The position numbers were made by a program, and so were the translations under genes. From Gemmatimonadaceae bacterium (GTDB taxonomy: Bacteria; Gemmatimonadota; Gemmatimonadetes; Gemmatimonadales; Gemmatimonadaceae), in NCBI GenBank assembly GCA_044224875.1, contig JBGAJQ010000066.1, positions 1 through 28,005 of the forward strand: a stretch of 28,005 nucleotides of DNA, written 5' to 3'. Positions within the stretch are counted from its first letter, which is position 1, and every line of letters starts with the position of its first letter. Shown piece by piece: positions 17,630-24,239 of the stretch. The notes under the pieces are model-generated. The model had not been told where the DNA came from. It saw nothing but the letters and a program-made list of their open reading frames with translations, and searched no databases.

Positions 17630-18859
17630 GTGACCACACCGTACACGTGGGACTTCTTCATCGCGCACGCCAGCGCCGACAAGGGTGCGGCCGAGGAGCT
17701 CTTTGAGCTGCTCAAGGATCGCTCGCGCGTCTTTCTCGACACGAAGCGCGTTCAGCTCGGCGATGACTGGGACGCGACAATTCTGGCAGCGCATCGGTCG
17801 TCATTCGTCACCATCGTGCTGGTTTCGAGCAAGACCGAGAAGGCGTATTACCAGCGTGTCGAGATTGCCACCGCCATTGCGATGGCGCGAAAGGAAGGAG
17901 AGCGTCACCGCGTCGTTCCTGTTTTTCTGGACGTCGACCCGTCAGCTGATACCGATCCTTACGGGCTTGCTCTGAAGCACGGTCTTCGCATCTCCGATCG
18001 GTTGACGCTTGCCGCCGCCGCCGACCGGTTGCAGGCGCTGCTCGAGAGTGTGATGCCCTCCGCGGCGGGAAGTGCTGCCTCGACATTCCCCGGTGCGATT
18101 GGTGGGAGAGGGGTGCTGCTGCAGCCAGGAGCGGACTGGAAGTCACCCGTGATCGGAAATCCGCATCGATTCAAGCTGGCGGCATTCGACTTTGATGGCA
18201 CGCTGCTCCGAGGTCCGAACTTCGACTTCTCATGGGAGCTCGTATGGGCGCGACTCGGCTTTCAGCGCGCGATCCAGTCCGAGCTGCGCCGGAGCTACCG
18301 CCTGCAGACAGAGAAGGATACGACGCGCGACGCTCGAGTTCGGGCGTATCAGGACTGGTGCGACAAGGCGGTCAAGCACTTTCGAACGAGGCGCGTGACC
18401 CGGGATCAGCTACGTGAATTCTGCAGCCCGTTGGCGCTTACCACGAATTGCCGTGAGGCTCTGAGCCAACTGCGTGCCGGAGGCGTCGTCACCGCGATCA
18501 TCTCCGGGGGCATCCATACCTTCGTGGAGGACACGTTTCCCGACTATCGCGACTACTTCGACTTCGTCTTCATCAATGAACTGACGTTCGCAGCTGACGG
18601 GTCACTGAGCGGCGTGCGCGCCAGCGAGTTCGATTTTCAGGGGAAAGCGGAGGCGCTCGACCTGATCGGCGCGCGCATCGGGGCGACGCCGGGCGAGGCG
18701 GTGTTCGTTGGGGATCACTTCAACGACGAGGCGATCATGTTGCGCGTGGACAAGGCCATCGCCTATCCGCCGAAGGACACAGTGGTGGAGGGGGTGTTGC
18801 ACGAGGCGGTGCTGGAGAATGACCTGCTGAAGGTGGTGCCGCATGTGCTGGTGGTTTAG
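17630..18859 (+). CDS. TIR domain fused to a HAD-superfamily (phosphoserine-phosphatase-like) hydrolase
   Basis: GAGGAGG RBS and GTG start. TIR: DFFIAHASADK..RVFLD..GDDWD..AYYQRVEIATAI..VVPVFLD. HAD motifs: I AFDFDGTL, II IISGG, III FQGKAE, IV FVGDHFNDE. Confidence 0.88.
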   Translation: MTTPYTWDFFIAHASADKGAAEELFELLKDRSRVFLDTKRVQLGDDWDATILAAHRSSFVTIVLVSSKTEKAYYQRVEIATAIAMARKEGERHRVVPVFLDVDPSADTDPYGLALKHGLRISDRLTLAAAADRLQALLESVMPSAAGSAASTFPGAIGGRGVLLQPGADWKSPVIGNPHRFKLAAFDFDGTLLRGPNFDFSWELVWARLGFQRAIQSELRRSYRLQTEKDTTRDARVRAYQDWCDKAVKHFRTRRVTRDQLREFCSPLALTTNCREALSQLRAGGVVTAIISGGIHTFVEDTFPDYRDYFDFVFINELTFAADGSLSGVRASEFDFQGKAEALDLIGARIGATPGEAVFVGDHFNDEAIMLRVDKAIAYPPKDTVVEGVLHEAVLENDLLKVVPHVLVV

Positions 18860-18897
18860 GCTCGAGCATCCAGCTGTCAGCTTGGGACGCAGCCTCC

Positions 18898-20304
18898 TCA
18901 AGGCCCCGACGCCTCAAAGATCTCCCCTAGCCGCTTCACCGTGTCCGCCTCGGCCACCAACCGACTCACATAGATCGCCTGCCGGTACATCGAGTCAAGC
19001 TCGCGCGTGCTCGCGCCCTGATCGGGTGATGCAGCCAATGCGTACAGCTTCAACGCGTCCTCGACGCGGCCAAGCAACAACATGGCCTCGCCTTCCGTTG
19101 CATACCGCCACTTCTTGTCCACATTCAACTCTGACCCAGCGGCCAGCTTGCACTCGTCGAGAACAACGTTGGCCGCTGCCTTCGCGCCCTTCACATCATT
19201 GTCCTTCGCCAGCCGCATAAACGCCACATTGATCCCGTGGTAGTACGCCTGCGCGTGATCACCTCGCTTCGTTGCCTCAGCGAACCCTTGCTCATAGAGT
19301 GCTTGCGCCCCGTCGCCGTCTTCAGCGATCCGAGACAGCAACCACCGTCGTTTGAGCCGGCCGCCTAACACTCCCAGAACATCGGTCCCTGCGCTCTTGC
19401 GACGTCCGAGGGCAGCGATTGCATCCTTCTGACGGCCGACGCCCTCGAGTGCCAGCGCCAGCTGCACCAACCCAACGTCGTCGAGCTTGTCCGCCATAGG
19501 CTCCAGGAGCTCGACCGCCTCCTTGAACTTGCTGAATTGATTCGCCACCATCGCCGCATTCAAGGGTCCAGCGGCTGGCGCTGCACCAGTAAGGCCCTTG
19601 ACCACGACTTGCACACTCAGACTCTTCGCATCACTCGGCTTCACCATTTGCAGATGATCACCCGGAACGACGCAGTGGGTGTCGGGATACTCAGCCTCCG
19701 GGAACGGGCCTAGCGAGGACTCCGCAGGAACAAACTCGTCGGACTCTCCGGCAACGGCGACGAAGCGAAACGGAAGCGTGACCCCACCAGCACTCGCGAA
19801 TCGGCTGTCCCAGTCGGCACGAAGGTCGCGAATGAACTTACCGCCCTTCGACATGTTGCGTAGCTGCGGCTTCAACAGCCGTACCAACGACGCCTTCGCC
19901 AGTCCGCCACTCGGCGTTCCGAACAGGAACACGTGACTCGTGCGCGTCCGGAGCGCCTTGTCGTCGACGAGCGCGCGCTGCGTCACCAACCCACCCATGC
20001 TGTGCGCGATCAAGCATAACGAGTCGTACTTCTTCAGATCCCCGGCCTTCGCCTCGGTGCGCAGGCGCTTCGCCACCTTGTCCAGGTCCGGGTCGGCGCT
20101 CCACAGCTTCACGAGAAAGTCTATCCGAAGGTGGGTCTCGTAGCCGAGCGTGTAGATGTCCCAGCCAGCGAGCCGACCTTCGGCAGCCAAGTACTTGGGG
20201 AAGTTCTGCCATGTGGCGGATGCGTCACCGCCAAACCCGTGGATAAACACGACGGCCGCCTTGTTCGACGGCTTCTGGCGGATGTGGCTGAGGTATTGCG
20301 GCAT
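18898..20304 (-). CDS. Alpha/beta hydrolase (lipase-like, PGAP1/DUF676-like) fused to a C-terminal TPR-S / DUF4071 (MAP3K TRAF-binding-like) helical domain
   Basis: VFIHGFGG oxyanion loop, AHSMGG nucleophile elbow, FLFGTPSGG, ESDEFV and PGDHLQMVKP. C-terminal DVLGVLGGRLKRRW..LYEQGF..YYHGINVAFM..WRYATEGEAMLLLG pattern. Confidence 0.82.
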   Translation of the reverse strand: MPQYLSHIRQKPSNKAAVVFIHGFGGDASATWQNFPKYLAAEGRLAGWDIYTLGYETHLRIDFLVKLWSADPDLDKVAKRLRTEAKAGDLKKYDSLCLIAHSMGGLVTQRALVDDKALRTRTSHVFLFGTPSGGLAKASLVRLLKPQLRNMSKGGKFIRDLRADWDSRFASAGGVTLPFRFVAVAGESDEFVPAESSLGPFPEAEYPDTHCVVPGDHLQMVKPSDAKSLSVQVVVKGLTGAAPAAGPLNAAMVANQFSKFKEAVELLEPMADKLDDVGLVQLALALEGVGRQKDAIAALGRRKSAGTDVLGVLGGRLKRRWLLSRIAEDGDGAQALYEQGFAEATKRGDHAQAYYHGINVAFMRLAKDNDVKGAKAAANVVLDECKLAAGSELNVDKKWRYATEGEAMLLLGRVEDALKLYALAASPDQGASTRELDSMYRQAIYVSRLVAEADTVKRLGEIFEASGP

Positions 20305-20537
20305 CTGGGTGCCTGTGGCCGTAGGCGAGTTAGGGTTGTCTGCGGCCCACAATGGTGCAGCTTACGGCGGCTTCGTCAAGTCGCGTAGGGTCGGTACGAC
20401 ACACCCGTCATGCGATGAAGCATCCCGCTCGACACTCGGTGGCGTGCCGGGTGCTCCCCGGTCGCAGTTGCCGAACGACTCGCTGCTACGTCCGTAGTGT
20501 TGCATGCAGGTTGAGTCGCCACGGCCCCTCACACGTC

Positions 20538-21086
20538 ATGACTATGGAGCTCATTCTTGTTGCCGCCGCGGGCCTCGTCGGGGTGATCGCCCTCCGATGG
20601 CTGAAAGGTCGATCTCGACCCGGCGCAAGCACTCCATCAACCACTGCCGCGTTGCGACTCGGTGTCTTGTCGCGCAGCATGCTGGGAGACGTGCCAATTG
20701 GCACTCCCGACGGAGTCGTCGGAGCCGTCATGGATTGGAACGTGTCCGGTACCCTCGCGACCCTCATCGCAATCGCCGACGGCACCGTCAGCCTGTACGT
20801 CTCACCTGGCGGTGGAACGATTGGAGCCGGCGCACACGCACCAGTGGCCGCCGCCGCGAATTCCTTCCTCGAGCAGTCGCGAGTGGCCGAATCGCTGCTA
20901 CACGCGGCCCAGGACTTCCCGCCGCCAACGTCGAACGCCGCCACGTTCTATCTGCTCTATCGCGACCGAACTCTCGCCTCGGCAGCGGTCCCCGTATCGG
21001 AGCTGCAAGTCGCGACGCATCCGCTGATGCGGGTCGGTGCGGCGGCGCAGGCACTGCTTACAGAGGTCCGAAAGGTGTCGAAGTGA
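20538..21086 (+). CDS. Hypothetical protein with N-terminal membrane anchor
   Basis: MTMELILVAAAGLVGVIALRWLK anchor, then GAVMDW..ATLIAIADGTVSLYVSPGGGTIGAG globular domain. Confidence 0.7.
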   Translation: MTMELILVAAAGLVGVIALRWLKGRSRPGASTPSTTAALRLGVLSRSMLGDVPIGTPDGVVGAVMDWNVSGTLATLIAIADGTVSLYVSPGGGTIGAGAHAPVAAAANSFLEQSRVAESLLHAAQDFPPPTSNAATFYLLYRDRTLASAAVPVSELQVATHPLMRVGAAAQALLTEVRKVSK

Positions 21087-21383
21087 CGCGTTCGCAGCGG
21101 GACATCTAGCGAAAGGCGACCAATCGGCGTCGCTCGAAAGTCCAATCGACCGCGGCGCCGAGCGGTCAGGTCGTTCGTGCACATGTAAATGATCCCGTCT
21201 ACGCGACGAGACGCGCGCGCGGTGCTCTTGCCGCTCGCCAGCTGGGGCAACCCCTAGTATCCAAACGGCCGAGCCTTCCACACATTTGCTTGCCTCGGCG
21301 GCGTGGGCTGCCGTCGGCGGCTCGCTTGGCGTGGCCGTCAGCTACTACACGTCGTTGGGCGCGGGCACGAAACCGGAGGAGTC

Positions 21384-22598
21384 ATGTTCGGTTCAGAGGT
21401 CCTCGATGTCCTGATCGGGATGGCGTTCATCTACCTCCTCCTCAGCCTCGTGGCGTCGGCCGTGCGAGAAGGGGTGGAGAGTCTGCTGAAGGCGCGGGCC
21501 GTGCACCTCGAACGTGGAATTCGAGAGTTGCTGGATGACCAGACGAACGCCGGCCTGGTAACTCATCTCTACAATCACCCGCTCGTCTTCTCGCTGTACA
21601 AGGGCAAGTACACATCGGACCCGACGCGCATGCTGGGAAGGTCCCTTCCGACCTACATCCCCTCGCGCGCCTTCGCGCAAGCGCTCGTGGATCTGGTGAC
21701 GCGCGGCCCTGCGGGCAATGCGCTCTCCGTCTACGACGCGGTCACCCCGGGGATCACGGTGCAGGGCGTTCGAGCTGCACTGCCGACGGTGCAGAGTCCG
21801 CGGCTGGCCCGGATGATGACCTTGCTTACCGATGGCGCGGCGGACATCGAACAGGTCATTGCCAACACCGAGCAATGGTTCAACGACGCCATGGAGCAGG
21901 TCTCGGCGGTGTACCGCCGCCGGACCCAATGGGGCGTGCTGATCATCGCGGCGATTGTCAGCGTCGCGCTCAACGTGGATTCGATTGCGATCGCCAATCA
22001 CCTGGCGAGGAGCAAGGGCGCGCGGGAAGCCCTGGTCGCCCGCGCCGCGACGTACCTGAAGGAGAACGATCGCCCGTCGACATCAGCTGCAACACAGGCA
22101 GATACCACGGTCGCCTCGGTACAGGCGCGCGCCGACAGCACACAGGCGGTTCTTCGCCGACAGGTGGCCGACCTCCAAAGCCTGGATATCCCACTGGGCT
22201 GGAGCTATGTCGCCCACGCACCCGGCAACGCGCCAGCCGCCGATACCACCGGATGGGGCATCCTGACGAAGATCTTTGGCCTGTTGGTAACGACGTTTGC
22301 CGTTTCGTTAGGTGCACCATTCTGGTTCGACCTCCTGAAGCGCGTGGTGTCCATTCGCTCCACGGTGAAGCCAGGCGAGGAGGAAAAGAAAACGACGGAT
22401 GAGAAGGCAAGGACGGGCACGCGCGGACCCAACACGACTCCTTCCAGTGGCCCAACGGCGAGCGTCGTTCCAGGCTCCGTCACGGCCGCGAGTTCCGCTG
22501 CAGCTCCGACTTCCGCACCACCGAATAGCCAAGTGCCGCCAACGGGATACGTGCCACACCAATGGACAACCGGACCAGCTGACGAGGGGCTGTTATGA
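21384..22598 (+). CDS. Uncharacterised multi-pass membrane protein (LDVxIG...SLGAPFWFDLL family) with Ser/Thr/Pro-rich tail
   Basis: GGAGGAG RBS. MFGSEVLDVLIGMAFIYLLLSLVASAVRE, WFNDAMEQVSAVYRRRTQW, LNVDSIAI, IPLGW, GLLVTTFAVSLGAPFWFDLLKR. Stop overlaps the next start (ATGA). Confidence 0.85.
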   Translation: MFGSEVLDVLIGMAFIYLLLSLVASAVREGVESLLKARAVHLERGIRELLDDQTNAGLVTHLYNHPLVFSLYKGKYTSDPTRMLGRSLPTYIPSRAFAQALVDLVTRGPAGNALSVYDAVTPGITVQGVRAALPTVQSPRLARMMTLLTDGAADIEQVIANTEQWFNDAMEQVSAVYRRRTQWGVLIIAAIVSVALNVDSIAIANHLARSKGAREALVARAATYLKENDRPSTSAATQADTTVASVQARADSTQAVLRRQVADLQSLDIPLGWSYVAHAPGNAPAADTTGWGILTKIFGLLVTTFAVSLGAPFWFDLLKRVVSIRSTVKPGEEEKKTTDEKARTGTRGPNTTPSSGPTASVVPGSVTAASSAAAPTSAPPNSQVPPTGYVPHQWTTGPADEGLL

Positions 22599-23104
22599 GC
22601 GCCGGCGCCGACGCGGAGCTCGGCTACGAGCTCGCCAAGCCAACCAACGAGCTGTCGTTCCTTGCTCCCGGGTTCCGCGCGGCCGTCGAACGCGCCATCG
22701 CCGAGTGCAACAACGACTCGAACAAGCTGGACGCAATGGTCTACGAGACATACCGATCGAGCGCATTGCAGGCGGTCTACTTCACCCGTGGCCGCACGGT
22801 GAAGCCGCCGGCAGTTCCGGTGACGAACGCGCCGAACAGCCTGTACAGCTGGCATGGGTTCGGGCTGGCGGTTGACGTGATCCACCGGACGAAGGGCTGG
22901 AAAGTCGGGCCGGAGTGGTTCGCGAGCGTGGCAACCGTATTCAAGCGCTACGGCTGCAAGTGGGGCGGGGACTGGCAGCAAAAGGACTTGCCGCACTTCC
23001 AGTGGGGCTTATGCCGGCCGAGTCCTTCGGATGCCGCCCGCGAGTTGTTGCTGACGAGTGGCATTCGCGCCGTGTGGGCGCAGCTGCACGTCGGTCAGGT
23101 GTAG
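22595..23104 (+). CDS. M15-family zinc metallopeptidase (L-Ala-D-Glu endopeptidase / endolysin-like)
   Basis: ETYRS..Q....RGRT..VTNA, SWHGFGLAVD (SxHxxGxAxD), WGGDW..DLPHFQ. No signal peptide. Confidence 0.9.
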   Translation: MSAGADAELGYELAKPTNELSFLAPGFRAAVERAIAECNNDSNKLDAMVYETYRSSALQAVYFTRGRTVKPPAVPVTNAPNSLYSWHGFGLAVDVIHRTKGWKVGPEWFASVATVFKRYGCKWGGDWQQKDLPHFQWGLCRPSPSDAARELLLTSGIRAVWAQLHVGQV

Positions 23105-23129
23105 GCCCAAGCGGGGAGAGGCAAACCAT

Positions 23130-24236
23130 ATGGCTCGTGTCTTTCTGTCCTATGCGTACGAAGATCGTGCCTTCGCCACGCGATTGCGCGATGCGCTGGA
23201 GGCGGCGGGCGTCTCCACGTTCTTCGATGCCAACTCACTGCGCGCTGGCGAGTCGTGGGAGGCGGCGCTTGTCACCGCGCTCGATGAGGCCGAGCACCTG
23301 GTGTGCCTGTGGTCTGACAAAGCACACGCCTCGCCATGGGTGACGCGAGAAGTCATGACATTTTGGGTGCAGAAGGCCAAGCACGGCAGTGGCAAGGCCA
23401 TTCTGGTGCGGCTGGAGGATCGTGAGAGTGCATTCGGGAGCCTGCAGCAGATCGACGACGCCAAGCTGAAGGCCGCCTACGCTGCCGCCGACGCCGCGGC
23501 GTTTCCGTTCGGCGACCTCGCCACGCGACTGCACGTGTTCCTGGGAGGTTCAGGCAACGTGGTACCGTATCCAGTCGCGTTGTTTGCGCTGACGGCTGCG
23601 GAAGTTGCCCAACTCGGGCCGCTGGACACGGAGGCGGTGAAGAAGCGACTCGGTCTCGATACCGCGGCCATGGCCGCGCGGTACGGGGCGACGCGACTGG
23701 ACTGGAAGCCCTTCGCCGGAGGGGGCACCATTCGACAATTTCTGGACCGCGCCCTGATTTCCATCAACAAGCGCGTGAAGGGCTCGTCCGTCATGTGGGA
23801 GTATCCACCCGACGAGTTCTGGGTGAACGACGAGGCGGGCGCCGTGAATCAGGACGCCGTGCGTCAGTTCGCCGCGCGCCTCGTCAACGCCAAGGCGGGG
23901 ATCATTCTGGTGGACCCGGTGGCGGTGAAACACCCGATCGTCCAGGATCGTCTGAGCTTCTTCCAGCGTTGCGCGCGCGCGGAGAGCGTGGCCATCATCG
24001 CGTTGCCGCTGACGGACGCGTCGCAAGAAGACCTGCGATTTCACGACTGGCTGGGCCAGTATGCCAACGCGGTGCTGGACCCGTATGTGGAGCCCGATCC
24101 GGAGCAAATGCCGACCGCTCGGTTCGGGATCGGCCTCACAGACAGGGAGTTCGACCGGTTCGTTCGGTCCAGCATTTTCGGTGCGATTGGTGCAGCCACA
24201 CGCCGAGAAGCCACCAGCCCATTCGCCAGGTTCTAG
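23130..24236 (+). CDS. TIR-domain protein with FxsC-like C-terminal region
   Basis: GGGGAGAGG RBS. RVFLSYAYED..TFFDANSLRAGESWE..LVCLWS..ASPWVTREV (catalytic Glu). C-terminal RYGATRLDWKPF and IILVDP resemble the FxsC C-terminal domain. Confidence 0.85.
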   Translation: MARVFLSYAYEDRAFATRLRDALEAAGVSTFFDANSLRAGESWEAALVTALDEAEHLVCLWSDKAHASPWVTREVMTFWVQKAKHGSGKAILVRLEDRESAFGSLQQIDDAKLKAAYAAADAAAFPFGDLATRLHVFLGGSGNVVPYPVALFALTAAEVAQLGPLDTEAVKKRLGLDTAAMAARYGATRLDWKPFAGGGTIRQFLDRALISINKRVKGSSVMWEYPPDEFWVNDEAGAVNQDAVRQFAARLVNAKAGIILVDPVAVKHPIVQDRLSFFQRCARAESVAIIALPLTDASQEDLRFHDWLGQYANAVLDPYVEPDPEQMPTARFGIGLTDREFDRFVRSSIFGAIGAATRREATSPFARF

Positions 24237-24239
24237 CGC

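Noticed and set aside
21384..23104. Prophage lysis cassette
   Set aside because: No integrase, terminase, capsid, tail or spanin genes in the window, and the pair is coupled to TIR/ATPase genes.
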